A DNA stretch of 55,565 nt from contig RSEE01000153.1 of the NCBI GenBank assembly GCA_003971905.1, positions 62,001 through 117,565 on the forward strand, written 5' to 3'. Under the pieces are notes generated by a model, which was not told where the DNA came from, made no database searches, and saw only the letters and a list, made by a program, of their open reading frames with translations. The position numbers and the translations under genes were made by a program. This document shows, in pieces, positions 12,608-27,770 of the stretch. This stretch comes from Moniliella sp. 'wahieum'. Lineage: Eukaryota. How positions within the stretch are numbered: position 1 is the stretch's first letter; every line of letters starts with the position of its first letter.

Positions 12608-15155
12608 ATGGCCTCGCGGACCCTCCTTGCGCGCTCGTCGCCGCTCCTTCCGCGCGCATCCATCCGCACGTCGGCCCGTCTCCTTGCTGCGCGCACGCCC
12701 CTCGCCGCCGCCGCTGCCCGCCCTGCCCGGGTCGCTGCTGCCGCCCCCTCGGTCCGCTTCTTCTCGGCTGCCCCCGTCGCCCGCCCCCCCGACCTCAGAA
12801 GGCGTCTTTGTCAAGCCCCCATCACGGATGAGGACCGTGCTCGTCTGCTGCGCCAGCGCAACGTCGGTATCTCCGCTCACATCGACTCGGGCAAGACGAC
12901 GCTAACGGAGCGTGTGCTCTTCTACACTGGCCGTATTAAGGATATCCACGAGGTCCGTGGCAAGGACAATGTGGGGGCCAAGATGGACCACATGGAGTTG
13001 GAACGTGAGAAGGGCATCACCATCCAGTCGGCCGCCACCTACTGCTCTTGGCGTGCCACGCCTCCTTGGGAGCAGGCCAGTGTGTCCGGCGACACGGCCA
13101 TGCTTGCCGAGGGCGAGGGCAAGGAGGAATACAAGATCAATATCATTGACACTCCTGGTCACGTCGACTTCACCATTGAGGTTGAGCGTGCGCTGCGTGT
13201 GCTTGATGGTGCTGTCCTCGTTTTGTGCGCTGTGTCGGGTGTGCAGTCGCAGACCATCACTGTCGACCGGCAGATGAAGCGGTACAACGTCCCGCGCATC
13301 TCTTCATCAACAAGATGGACCGCCAAGGCACCAACCCGTGGCGCGTGATCGGCCAGATCCGGGAAAAGCTCAAGCTCAATGCGGCCGCTGTCCAGGTTCC
13401 CATTGGGCGCGACGAGGAGTTTAATGGGATCGTCGACCTGATCCGTTGGAAGGCGGTGTACAATGAGGGTGCCAAAGGGTACGTGACCTCGTTCTACTTT
13501 GTCTGTGCTCGGCATGCATCTAACTTATTTTTCTCGAAAGTGTTATCGTCAAGGAATCTGACGAGATTCCGGCCGACTTGATCGACTTTGCCAAGGAGAA
13601 GCGCCAAGAGCTCATTGAGGCTCTGGCCGATGTGGATGACGACATGGCCAACTTGGTCATTGAGGAGAAGGACCCTACACCGAAGGAGCTGGGCGAGGCC
13701 GTTCGTCGCGCCACCATTGCCTGCAAGTTTACCCCCGTCTTTATGGGATCGGCCATCAAGAACAAGGGTGTGCAGTCGATGTTGGATGGTGTATGCAACT
13801 ACCTGCCCAACCCCGCGGAGGTCAAGGCGGAGGCTTCTGATGTGAGCGCTGCGGCCATGAAGGTCGCGGTGGCCAAGGCCACGGAAGGGTTGGAGGACGA
13901 AGATGAGATTGAGGCGGCTCGTCAAGCTGCAGCAGCGCCCGTTGTGGAGCTTGCCCCGGCTGCGGCGGCGCCCGTTGTGGGCCTGGCCTTCAAGCTGGAG
14001 GAAGGGCGATACGGACAGCTGACGTACATGCGTATGTACCAAGGTACGCTCAAGCGTGGCAATTCGATCATCAACATCCGTACCGGTAAGCGCGTCAAGG
14101 TCCCCCGTCTGGTGCGCATGCACTCGGACGACATGGAAGAAGTGGACGAAGTGGGCCCCGGTGAAATCTGTGCCATGTTTGGTGTCGAATGCTCTTCCGG
14201 CGACACGTTCACCGACGGCAAGACGGAGCTTACGATGACAGAGATGTTTGTGCCTGAACCGGTCATCTCGCTGTCCATCACCCCAGACTCGAAAGACGTG
14301 GGTGCCAACTTTAGCCGTGCGCTGAACCGTTTCCAAAAGGAGGACCCCACCTTCCGCGTCCACGTGGACCGCGACTCGAAGGAAACCATCATCAGCGGCA
14401 TGGGCGAACTTCATTTGGAGATTTACGTGGAGCGCATGCGGCGTGAGTACGGTGTGGGATGCACGACTGGCCGGCCACGTGTCGCTTTCCGTGAGACGAT
14501 CGGCCAGCGGGCTGACTTTAACTACACCCACAAGAAGCAAACCGGTGGTGCTGGCCAGTTCGGTCGTGTTATGGGCTACATTGAACCGATGAAGATGGAC
14601 AAGGAAACGGGCAAGGATTCCGCCTTTGAGAGCCTGGTTGTTGGTGGCCACATTCCTGCCCAGTACATCCCCGCTGTCCAGAAGGGGTTCGAGGACGCAA
14701 TGGAGAAAGGTGCTTTGGCGGGCTACCCCGTCCAGGGCGTTCGCTTTGTACTCCAGGACGGTCTTGCCCATTCGGTCGACTCGTCCGAATTGGCTTTCCG
14801 TCTGGCGGCCATGGGTGCCTTCCGCGAAGCCTACGGCAAAACCAACCCCGTCATCCTCGAGCCGCGTATGACGGTGGAGGTGACGGCTCCTATGGAATTC
14901 CAGGGTGTTGTCATTGGCTCGCTCAACCAGCGCAAGGGTATGATTGAGGACACCGACGTCCGCGAAGATGACTTTACTGTCACTGCCGAGGTGTCGTTGA
15001 ACGAGATGTTTGGCTACTCGTCGACGCTTCGTGGTCTGACCCAGGGCAAGGGTGAGTTCTCGATGGAGTACCGCAAGCACGAGCCTGTGCTCATGTCTAT
15101 CCAAAAGGAGATGGAGGACGAGTACAAGAAGCAGCTGGAGAAGAGCAGGAAGTAA
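12608..15155 (+). CDS. MEF1: Mitochondrial elongation factor G1; intron 13479-13540, indel near 13300
   Basis: [89 protein letters not shown]-terminal presequence. Confidence 0.96.
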
Positions 15156-15515
15156 GTGGTGCCTATGGGGCATTCCCCTACCATCTCAAAAGGCCTGTCC
15201 TCGTTACCCTCCAGTGGATCGGCCATGCATTCCCTACTCTTGTGTACTTCATACGCTTTCTGTGCCTTTGCGCCATGGCATGCACATTTATAATTACCGG
15301 TTCTGTATTGGGAGAAGGGCACATGGGATCATTCGGAGAGAGAGGGCTGTGATGGGATCTTGCGCGAAAAACAAGAGGGAAAAGAAGAGAGGAACGTGGA
15401 GCCTACTAGACGAGCAGTAGGCCCATCGATGGTGGTGCAGGGGCCAAAACGATGCTAGGAGAGGAATTGAAACAAGCGCGAGAGAGGAAGTGATCGAAAT
15501 GTCCATTGTATCGAC

Positions 15516-16759
15516 TCAGGTGGAAAGATGGCATGCTGAAAGGCGACGGTCATCCAGCGTGCTGCTTGCCTCATTCAGGGACGGTTCCTCTGCCAAAAAT
15601 GGCACAGGCAGGCACGAGGGAGCCTCCGAGGCCGACGCGCTGGTACTTGCACCGTCTTTTTCGTGGGGTGATGGTAGAGGCTTTTGGGGTGGCTTCATGT
15701 AATGGCACTCCAGCCTACCGACCTTGCACTGTCGGCAGGGCAGGCCGTCTTGAGAACAACGCACCTTGCGCCTCCGGCACACGAGGCAGCCCCTCTTGCT
15801 TCTCTTGAACTTGCGCCGGCGGACCGAGGCAGGACGCTTGGGTGCCATGCCACCTTCCCACTCGCATGGCCAACGGGGCAGGAAGGCAGTGTTCGTCCCA
15901 GTAGAACTGATCGACATGGGTTGGGGCATGCAGTCGTATGTGGGAGGAAGGGTGGCGAGAGTCACCCTCCTTCCTGTCACGTACTTGTTCGTCTCAGGCG
16001 AATGTACAAGGTTGGGGCGCCATCAGCGATAGGACTAAACAAGTTAAACATATTGGCCGAGGGGGGAAAGCTGGACATCTCTCCACTCGCCTCGGGTTGG
16101 ACAGGGGAGGGGGAAGTGCTGCAGTCCTAAGCTGTACCTCAACCTGTCAGTCTCATATTTCTCCAACAACTGAACAAAGGTAGGTGAAGCGGGTGGATGG
16201 AGGAGGGGGGGAGGAGGAAAGATCGTACCTGCGGCAATAATGGCACGGAGAGATCGCCAGAAAAGTAGGAATGATCCTGGAGCTGGAGACCCAACAGTAC
16301 ATTCGTTGCGGATGGTTCCATATCCGGCGAGGGAGTAATTCCGAAGGCCATCTCCCCAGGGGTCCAATTGCTTTCGCTGGCAGTCCAAGTGGGAGACGTG
16401 ACGGTGCTGTCCAGCGGAGAGGAGAGTGGAAGAAGGTTATAGGGGCCGCCCAACTGAGCCGACGTGGTCAGGTGGGACCAGGCATCAGTGCTGGGCGGGG
16501 GGGTGTTGACACCATCGACTAAGTCCAGGCCACCAGGGCCAAAACTGGGTCTGTAAAGGCCTAAGCCAAAGGGCGAGGGGGGAGGATGGGAGCGTCCGCA
16601 GAGACCGCGAGAGTGTGAGGGGGAGGAGGCGCAGATGGAAGTGGCACGTGTTGGGCAGGGGCAGCCGGCTGCCCGGCAGCATCGAGCTTGGTGTGACGTG
16701 GGGCGGCCTGGACAGAATATGAGAATTGGGCTGGTTGCAATAAGGCTGAAGAGGGCCAT
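15516..16759 (-). CDS. Zn(II)2Cys6 transcription factor with a C-proximal zinc cluster; intron ~16144-16228; start and frames uncertain
   Basis: KRSKRGCLVCRRRKVRCSQDGLPCRQCKVGRLECHY fits C-x2-C-x6-C-x6-C-x2-C-x6-C; upstream sequence is Pro/Ser-rich. Confidence 0.8.
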
Positions 16760-19399
16760 GGCGTCAATCGGAGAGGGAGAGCGTCGGGGATGTGCGTTTC
16801 CGACGGTTGCAATGGAGCGGTAAAGGAGAAAGAAGAGTCCGGTGGCCGCAGGCCACAGCCGGCCGTATCTTGATATAGCATGTCAGCCGTTGAGACGCAA
16901 TCAATAAGGATGGGGGGCCAGCAATCGAGTCTTCACAATCCAACCGGGGCGTCGTACGGTCTGCCTCGTCTGTCGAGATGAGCATCCACGAAAGGCGGTG
17001 AAAGGAAGCAGGGAAAAAAGAAGCGGCGGGGAGGATGCAGGGGAGTGATGAGGCGGGTGCGATCACAAAAGGTTGAACCGTTATTGAAGGGGGATTGCTC
17101 GATGAGGAGGTGGGATGTTGACGAGACCCCCTATATGGGAGTGGGAGAAGAGGCAAGAGAGAAAGTACCGAGTGGGTGAGCCCCGTTTTAAGGGTTTTCA
17201 GACAGTGTTTCGGAGATGAGGTGGGTGTGATATTAATACTGGATGCATGATGCAAACGACTGGAGACAAGGGAAAAAGCATATGTGCGTCTCTTGCGGCG
17301 GGGACGATGCCATGCCCATGGCATGTGTGTTCGCCGCTTGCTTTGCTCGCTGCGGTTCTGCTGTGCAACAGGGCTCCCTGAAAAACGTTGTCGGTGTCGA
17401 CGATTGTACTTGTATGTTGTGAACGTTGAACGTTGAACGACGTTGACGTTGACGTTGAACGTTGAGCGTACGTTGAGCGGAAATGCCAACGTGTCATATA
17501 CCAACCAACCCGAATGCCCCGTGGCCATTGTATAGAAGAGACAGGCAGCAGGGGCAGGGCAAAGGTGCCTGGGATATATCTGCTCCAGTGCGTATTTTCT
17601 GTGGCCGCGTGGGCGGGCAACGTTCTCAATCGAGCGTTAAAACGGATGCTAAAATATATGCAGCGCTGGCGCTGTAGGGTTATTTGGACCCTCCTTGACC
17701 ATATCGTCCACCGTGGACGGTGGACTGTGGACATGGGGGCGGGGGGCAGGCCGCGGGCAAGGTCAAGGGTGTCTGGATGTAGTAGACGTAAGCGCCGTTT
17801 GCACGTAGACGTTAGGTGGTATAGCTTTGTTTAGATCGTACAGATCACAGTCGCATTGCTTGTTAGATCTTAGATCTTAGACCTTGACGCGTCACGCGTC
17901 GCATGTCACATGCATGAGTCAGCTAGTCACTAGTCACAGGTCGCAGGTTCCCTAACCCTGTCGCATGTCACATGTCACATCTTTAGAACCTTAAGCTTTA
18001 AGATATTTGATAATACATGATGCTCGCTACATGTTCTGCATGTTACATTTCAAATCTCCGCCTCCTATGTATCGTCGGACATGTGAGAACTCAGTGAGAT
18101 CTAGATGTGACATGTGGCATGGGACATTTGCGATCTGAGATCTGTGATCGATGATCTGCATCCGTAGCCACGGGGGCACTGTGATTGGTCACCCGGTCTG
18201 CCCCGTGGAGGTGCTTTGGGCACGGCACCCCACTCCTGGAAGTCAGAACCAGGTCACCGGTCACCGGTCCCATGTCAGATCTCAGGTCACATATGTCTCA
18301 CGCATGCCATTTGTGGCAGGAACCACTAACCACCAGCCATCAACTAGTACTAGTAACTAGTACTAGCAACGAGAAACCAACAACGGGGTGGTGTGGGGCA
18401 GGGTCTGGCAGCGTGGTAGGTGCTAGGTGGAGGCTACGGGTAAAAAGTCGTTTACTCCCGTGAAACACATGCGAAGACGGGCTTAGCACTTGGCTTGGCC
18501 TATAAGCGCTAAGCGCTACAAACATGTAACAAACGCTTTTAGCGCTTTTAGCGCTTTTAGTGCTGGCCAGGGACTATGTACCAACTTCCTGCCGGGCTAC
18601 CCCGCCAGTATTCCCCAGCCCCGTCCTATGGGGGAAATCGGGGATCGCTGGTCGCCGATGGCCTGTAGCCGCTGGCAAACGCTGGCGATTGGCGCCTTTG
18701 CTCCTCTGAGTGTACTTGGCACTGAAAAATTCGGGCTGAGGCGCAGAGGGCAATGCAGCTGCAGGACGATCGTTGGAGGGTGACCGGGGAGGCGGTGAGG
18801 ACGAGTATCGGGTCGGTCGACCACCGAGCTTCATCGATCATCTATCATCGATCTTCATCTGGTGCGGAAAAGGGTCACTAATCACTCGTCCCTATTAGTC
18901 ACTAGTCACTAGTCACTCCAAAGCCTGGGAGAGTCTGGACCGAATTTCAAGCTTTACGCATTCTGCTTCACGTGGTCCGCGTTACGCGTTACGTTTGCAT
19001 GGTAAGCTTCAAAAGCTACTACAAGCATTATAAGCTTCCTCGCTTCATAGCTTCAGAGCTTCACCGAGCTACCGAGATCACAGTGATCCGGCGCATTATA
19101 TCTCGTTCTCGTTTTTGGCTAACCACGCCGTCCCTCGTCTTTCCGCCGCGCTGTTTTCGCGCAGATGTTGTGTAAGTGCTATATACGTACTCATACTCAG
19201 GACACATTCTCAATTCTTCTTGACGCTTGAAGCTTGATCTCTCTGTTGCTACCACCCTCAAACTCAACTTCAAGTAAGTGCAGTAACAAGCTCTATTCAT
19301 CAACATCCTTCATCAGCGCCTAAGTGTGTACAGCTTCTCTCTCCCCCTCATCGACTCATCCCGACGATCACTCTGAAGCTTGTTTTTGCAAACAGTTGA

Positions 19400-19845
19400 A
19401 CGATGGCCTTGATATTGAGATGGGATGTGAGACAGACGACATGCACGTGGACAGAAAAGCACGAAAACGGCGCGTTTCTACGGATCCGTCGGTTATACTA
19501 TAGAGGGTGGTACATGAGAGCACTACCGAGACGCTTTTGGAACGCCGGTAGAATGAGCTGTTTCGGCTGCTGGAACAAGCAGAATGCGACAAGAATGCCA
19601 AGTTCCAGGGATCCACCCAAAAACCGTTGTTCCCCTTCGTTTTGGACGAGGAGGATATCTGCCACCAAGACAACGGGCAAGGCTTGGGCACAAGAAGGGT
19701 CTACCAACTGACTCTCAGTGGAGATGGTTCCCGCCCAGGTGTCTACCACGTTCGTTCGTATCCACACACGCCTTCCTCGGGTATGGGAACGGATAATGGC
19801 GGGCACCAGAGGTTCCTGATTTGCTGGCGATTTACCTGGTCCTAA
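19400..19845 (+). mobile_element. Second degenerate fragment of the CRE-like element (RLE C-terminus and start of 3' UTR)
   Basis: RVVHEST..ELFRLLEQAECDKNAKFQG..LFPFVL; nucleotide match to the reverse complement of ~8755-9090 (e.g. TTCGGCTGCTGGAACAAGCAGAATGCGACAAGAA). Confidence 0.8.
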
Positions 19846-19942
19846 GCGACGCAAGAAGAGCGGGTCGGTTTAGGAGCGGCTAGCGGTTTCCGCGGTCTAT
19901 TATAGATACAGTACCAGTTCCTAGTTACTGTCACAGTCAGGG

Positions 19943-20102
19943 CTAAGGCGAGCGAGACCAGAATCGGACTAGGCCAAAGGGTGTAGCAATCGTTCGTGGG
20001 AAGAAGAAAGAACAGAGGATATGGTGCGAAGTGAAATAAACAGGAAAGGAGCGAGACGCTCGAGACGAAGAAATTGGAAATAGGAGCGAGATCAGCCAAA
20101 CT
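19943..20102. repeat. Dispersed ~160-bp repeat, copy 2
   Basis: Direct diverged copy of 862-1022. Confidence 0.85.
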
Positions 20103-22558
20103 ATGACAGTTACTGCTTACGCCTATACCGCGGTTCTCAAAGGCTTATATCGCGACAACGCACTTTGCCCGCCACAGAGGCGGATTGTGAGCAAGACACA
20201 AAGGGAAAGATCCAGAGGCCCACTGGGCCTTGCCTGTGTGTATTTGTTATGCCATTATGTATAGTTGGCATGTCCACCTGACCTTCCGATTGAACTACAG
20301 GACCAATATCTGTTGAGAACTGATCCCTACATACTAACGTACCAAATATAACTTCACCTATGGAGGAGGGACTGCAGGTGACCCTGGCCTGAGGGATGAG
20401 CCAGTGAGACGGCGAGAGGTCGGAGCATTTGAGGTCCCCACTAATACATAAAGGGTGAATGACATGTGACATTTGTTGCGAACCACAAATGGGGGGGAAG
20501 CGTCGTGCAATGTATGATGATCGAAGATGAGGCCATGGGAGAAGAAACTGGGAGAAGGAGGGGAGTTGCAAGTTGACCCAACGCGCAACTCCGTGTTGTG
20601 TTTGGCTAATACAAGGTCCCTTCTCCCTCTTAGCGCTCAGCCCCCCCTCAGGGCTCAACTTGAGCCTCAAGCCTCATTAACCTCATTCTTTCTCATCGAG
20701 CATCGAGCATCCTCTAGGAGTTGCGTTGTTTTCCGGTTTCCTTGATGGCGGGACTGGCGGCTTGATGCATGATGTCCCTCTGGAAGTGTTGCTCGATGGC
20801 TTAGACCTGCACCCTGCACTGCTAGCCACTACAACTGGTGCGATCGCATCACCTCCCAGGACCATCAGGACTCCAGGTCTCTTCCGGGAGATCAACGTTC
20901 AACAGAAGAGAAGAATTGCAATGGGAAGCCCTGAGACCTGAGACCTCAGGAGGGCGCGATTCTCGCTGGGCAGTCCTACCACAGGTACGATCGAGATGAT
21001 CGAGAGGATCGATGGATGAGATTGATGAGATCTCAGAACTCACGCGCTCACGTACGAAATCTGAGATATGACATGTGAGATGTGAGTCTGAGAAGGGAAA
21101 CCAAACAAAGCGAATCTAGGAATATATGCCGCCTTCGAGAACTCTCGTTTTAAGGTTCCGACAGAATCCCATTTTGAATCCATCTTGCCCCTTGACGAGC
21201 TTGACGCGTGACGCGTGACGCGATACCCACGGCGGCAAAACCGGGGGTAGAGTGCAAGTCTTCGCTCGGCACTTTTTTAGCCTCCAAACACGGGTCAACA
21301 CTCCAACGTCGGATATACCCAGGAAGACAAATTGACATGGCGAGCGAGCGGTGGGTACATAGGAATAGGGTAGTGGAATAGCATGGAAACCTTTTAACGT
21401 GTGCAACCCCGGGTACCGCATACCACGTAACGCGTAACGGAGGAGAGAATAGGGCCATGCCCCTGAGGCCTGTGTGAGGCTTACCGGCGGAGCGCTCAGG
21501 CTCAGGCTGAGGCCAAGAATGCTGCTTGTGCACGCTTGTGCACATGGTGCACAAGCACATAATGGTAATAGTAGAGTCAGAACGGTGGGAAGGGAGCAGC
21601 AGGAAGCATAACCTTCTTTGTGGTTGGGTGTACCCACAGTAACTATGGTGAGGATTTAATACCAAATGCTCTTCTCCATCGAGGCGTACGTCGTACGCGC
21701 CCCCAAAGGACAGTGGAGGGGAGGGGCACCACGTACCCGGTACCATTAACACCTATACTATTAATAGTGGTGAGACAAACGTGGTCCCATCCGAGCCCGG
21801 CGGGACGAGCGCAAGGGGCCATTGTTCAACGTTTATCTAACAATCAAGTGGGAGGTCGGGGGCCTGAGGCCTGAGGCGCTGAAGGGTATAGCCACTGGTC
21901 CTGCCCACTCCTGTGAACTCAAGTTGAATGTTTGTATGAACAGATTTTTCCGGAGTCCTGAGGAACAAACGGGAAAGAAGGGAAAGGGAGGAAAGAGAGG
22001 ATGATGATGATGGTGTGTTGTACAAAAAAGGGACATGGTGCAAAGGAGAGGACCAGATGGAGGAAACGGGGGGGGGGTATGGGACATGTGCATGATATAT
22101 GAGAGATCTTTTGGAGGGTTGAACGTTGAGAGTTGAGAACTGAGATCGGAGATCGGAGGTGCGAAAAAGTGGTGCGATGAGAGCCCCCACAGAATGATAC
22201 AAGGACACAGGAAGGAAGATGCGGTGCGGGCGGTGGATGGATTGATGAAGCTGAAGGCTCGATAAAGGGAAACCGGTGGATCAGATCTTAGGGGCGAGAG
22301 ATGATCGATGATCGATGATCGATGATGGCGATGAAGGCATGGCACGGTGACACAATAACCCAGGGACGAACCCCCCGGATTTCTTCTCGTGTGTTACATG
22401 TTGCAATCAGTCCAAAGGGGCCACCCCAGGACTGGCAACGGAGAGAGACACTGTGGCTCACCGTCGTGTACCAGCCGTGCGAGCCCATCCCCCTGGGAGA
22501 GAAGACCAGGGGCTGGCCAAACGGGCGCAGCTGGCGCTTTTGTGGTGGGTGTTACATG

Positions 22559-25468
22559 TTAGTCCTGAGGATGGACAGGCACGGGGACCCTGGACTGGAA
22601 GGGGCGTTGGCGGAGGGGATGGGAGGGCGGTAAGAGGGAACCAGGAGCGCGGGCAGTCATCATGCTGACGACGGCAGTCGGCTGGACCGGAACGACGACG
22701 ACGCGCCGTTGGACCCGCTTGCCGGCCCGGTTTGGTGGACCGTCTCGGACGAAGGCGGGACAAGGGATGCGGTGGGCCGTGGCATGCTGCGAAGAGTATG
22801 GATATGGGTATGGGTACGGTTCTTTTCCTCTCTTTCTCCCAGCGAGGAAGAGGAAGAGGAAGAGGATGCGGAAGGCAAACGTACCCCGAATCTGCGGGGA
22901 GGAGCGGCCGGTCCAGCCCCGAGGGAGAAACTGGTGCGGCCGCATCCAACGACAACGTTCGGCTCCGAGGCGCCGGCGGGTCGATCTGATGGTCCGCAGA
23001 AAGCATGCGTCGCACTTCGACCCACGTCTCCTCCGTCGCGTCGAGCAACACACTCGCCACGTCAAACGGAACCGAATCGAAACTGGACGCACGAGCACGG
23101 CGCTTTTGGGCCACCAAGAAACGGGCGCGGCTAAGGACGTGGGCACGGGCGCCGGCACCCCGGCCGCTACATCGCCACGCCAGCCCCGGGGTTGTTTGCG
23201 GTTATTCTGGCCCGGCACCAATCCCTCCGTCGAGCCCAGTCCGACGCGCCGCTTTCCCATGCTCCGTTTTCTCGTCCGAGCTCGGTCGCGGGCAGGGCTG
23301 GGGGGGAGGGACTAGTGCAATCGTTCGTTCCCGCCCGAGCGTCCGCAGTCGAGGGCTCCTTGTGCAATCCGAGCCGGTGGCGGCCATGCAGCAAGGCGTG
23401 CATGACTTTGGCCGTGCCCATGCGACCGTTGACACCGGTAGCGGGGGAGGGGAGGCAGAGTGGGCTTGGGCTTGGGCTTGGGGTGGGGGTGGGAAGGAAC
23501 CAGACTGTGAGTACTTTTGGACGAGGGCAGCGGGCCGCGCGCCCCCGGGTCCCCCGCGGGCGGCGAAACAGCGCCAGCGGGCGCAGCATGAGCGGATGAG
23601 AGGCCTCGGGGGGCTGGAGCAAGGCGCGGTAGGCCAGTGGCACCGTTTCCGAAATGACAAACCATGCGGTGGCCGTGCGTGGGTCGGGGTCAGGGTCGGG
23701 TCGGGGTCGCGGGGCGCGGGGGATCGCTGGCCCGGCTCGCAATTGGCGCGGAGGAAACGTGGGCCGAGGGGGACGGGAGCGGTACTGGACCACAATCCAA
23801 TTGGCCGGACGGTGGAGGAGTGGGCGGGTGGGCTCCAGGCCCACCATCAGATAGTCTGCCCACACTTCGGCAAAGAGCGGGTCAAACTTACTGTACTTGG
23901 CCCAGTCGACGGACTGGTGGGGTCCATCGTTGCGGCTACGCCGGTCCGGGCGACGGGCACGACGTCTTGGTCGATCGCAGGCAGCTGGTCTACCAGCTTG
24001 TCCCACCGATCTTTCGCCTCGGTTTGCTCGGTTGCGACAGGTGGGATCGGCGCCGACTGGGTGGCATCCAGCGACAGACGGAGCGGATCGAGCGTGCCAT
24101 TGTCAAACCCGCCTGAAGCAAAGTCGGACCAGAGCATTGTGTGCGGCCGAGAGATCGGGTGGGGCAGAGGCGCCGGCGTTTTTGGAAACGGATGCGCAGA
24201 AGCGAGGGTGAGGTACTGCGGGTCGGGATCGGCAAACCCCAAAGACGCAAATTGGCCCCAGGGGTATTATGACGGTCCGGGCCGATCTGGCTAGCGAGCG
24301 CACGCGGTGCAGAGGGCAGGTTAAGCAACTTACGCTGCAGCTCCGACACGGTCGGCTTGCCCTCCATCCGGCGGCAGCTGGCACGCCCTCCACTCGGGTG
24401 CGGGCACGTCCATGTCGGCGGCGGCGCGGATCAGGTCCGGGCTGTAGACCTTGACGTTGCATTCGATGATCGTCACGGGCTCCAAGCGCAAGTGGCTGGG
24501 TAGCTGGCACGGATCGGGCGCAAGGCACTGCGGATAGCGTTGGACCAGCTCGGCGAGTCGGATGGGCAGAGCGGTTTCGGTGGCGAGGTGACGTAGGTAC
24601 GCAAGGAGGAGGTGCTCGGTGGCGTTGCTGCTGGCCACATAGGCGTCGTAGGTGCGCGGGAACGTGTCGTTGCAAGGCAGCCCAAACAGGAGCGGACCTA
24701 GAAGGCGAGCGAGACGGGAGGGCGTTGTGCCTGTTTGGCGGGCATACGCCATGACGGACGAGAGGAGCGAGAAGAGGGTGCCGAGCAGCGTCCTCTCGCT
24801 CGGCTCCAGCGCCTCTTGGAACGCACAAAACGCACTGGGCAGATACCCCATGCCTGCGGGACAACAGAGACGATGGTGGAAGATGCGGAGGAGGGTTAGT
24901 ACGGGCCTCTACTACTGGCTCTTCTCTCTCTCTCCCGCGGCGGATCTCTCATTGGGCCGGAGGGCGTGGCAGGCGAGGTTGGATGGGGCACACACACGAG
25001 GGTACATACGCTTCTCGTCAGCACAACGGTACTGGTCCATGTCCAGCAGCCCGTGGCGGGAGGAGTGGCTGGACGGACGAGGTGGGCGACGGCCCATTTG
25101 ATCATGGCGGCCAGATCGCTGGGGCTGGCATAGCTGGCCTCGCGGGCCAAGCGGACGGTGCGGGATGCGGTGGGAGGGGTGGAGGCGGTCGACCGCGGCG
25201 GTGGCAGGCCGAGGTAGGCATGGAGCAGGGCTTGGCACCCAGCTGCACTCTGGTCGAGCGCGAGGGAGAGAAGAGGAAGGGATGGCCAGGCCGGTGCGGC
25301 GGATGTGGGAGGCGCAGATGGCGACCACTTGCTCGGCGCGGGCGGGTCGAGCGGGAGGGCGGCGGCGGCGGGGCTGGGCGGGGGGAAGTAGCCGTAGGCG
25401 TGCTGGAGGGCGGGGGCGAGGGGGGCGAGCGCGGCGAGCGTCTGGCGGGCGGGCGGGGAGGCGGGCAT
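22559..25468 (-). CDS. Msb1/Mug8 (RhoGAP-like fold) domain protein; many indels, intron ~24855-24990, ends approximate
   Basis: RTGLAIP..SLALDQS..LLHAYL, SPSDLAAMIKWAVAHL, LFSLLSSVMAYARQTGTTPSRLARLLGPLLFGL..FPRTYDAYVASSNATEHLLLAYLR, WSDFASGGF; resembles fungal Msb1/Mug8 proteins as recalled. Confidence 0.65.
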
Positions 25469-25632
25469 GGCGGCGGGGCTGGAGGCGGCGGGCTGCTCTG
25501 ATCCCAGCGTTGAGGCTCAGCACGCCTCTCTGCCGCTGCGGCTGGCCAACGCCATGGAACAGCCCTGCCCCCCTGCAGCACATACAGCCCATCCTGTGCG
25601 GTTGTCCTATGCCCGCCGCTGCCCTCGCCTGA

Positions 25633-26940
<1,308 letters not shown>

Positions 26941-26960
26941 CGTCGTCCCCGCTCCCACTT

Positions 26961-26993
26961 CACTTCCACTTCCACTTCCACTTCCACTTCCAC
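26961..26993 (+). repeat. (CACTTC)n microsatellite in the RAC1 3' UTR
   Basis: About 5.5 perfect units. Confidence 0.9.
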
Positions 26994-27644
26994 CTCTGTC
27001 TCCGCCTCCGCCTCCATTTCCCTCGTCGCCCCCCCCCCCCCCCCCTTACCCCTCATTGCTTGGCATGGATGAGCCTCACCACCTGTCCCTGGCGTCTCTG
27101 ATTCCTCTCCTTCATCCTCACCACCTCTCCCGCCTAAGCTGACCCTGTTTCAAAGGGACCTGGGAGGATCCAGGATGGGGCGCTAGCAACCTGGCCCTCT
27201 TTCCTCCCGCACGGGGTCGGGTCAGTGCGCCTTCCGCCGTCCGCCGTCCGCTCGTGCCAGCTAGCTAGCCCCCCCCCCATTCTGGTACTTTGCCCGCTTT
27301 TCACTCCCCCCCCCTCTCTCCATCCGCCCTACCCCCAATTCCAGTCCCCCCCCCCTCCCACTCTCCTCGCCCTTCCCGTTCCCATCTCCTTCATGAACTC
27401 TCTCTTCTTCCGCTTCTTGCTCCCCCCACCCTCCACTTTCGCCCTGCCTCGTCGCACTTTGAGACTAGTGGATCAGGTCGGACGCAACGAATTTCCCCAT
27501 GGCAACTCATTTTAGTGCTGAGACGAGGGGGTGTCTCCAGATGGCAGTTGGCCACGCGGAGCCAAGCGAGACCCGACATGGCTTTGGGTTGGCCCGTATG
27601 GCCAGCGGACCTGGTGCTGGTGCTGGTGCTTTCCCACTGCTTCC

Positions 27645-27770
27645 TTCCTCCCTACCTCCCCCACCTACCTCCCCACCTCCCCACCACCTCCCCACCTCCC
27701 CACCTCCCCACCTCCCCACCCCCACTCCCCACCTCCCCACCTGTCTACCTCCCTGCCTACCCACCTACCT
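27645..27770 (+). repeat. Degenerate (CCCCACCT)n low-complexity tract
   Basis: Repeated CTCCCCAC/CCTAC units; G-rich on the minus strand. Confidence 0.8.

Noticed and set aside
13494..15173. 559-aa minus-strand ORF
   Set aside because: Antisense shadow of MEF1 caused by codon bias.
23005..24294. 429-aa plus-strand ORF (likewise 25102-26310, 28778-30190, 32213-33370, 49821-51173)
   Set aside because: GC-rich shadow or chance ORFs, mostly antisense to real genes, with no recognisable domains.
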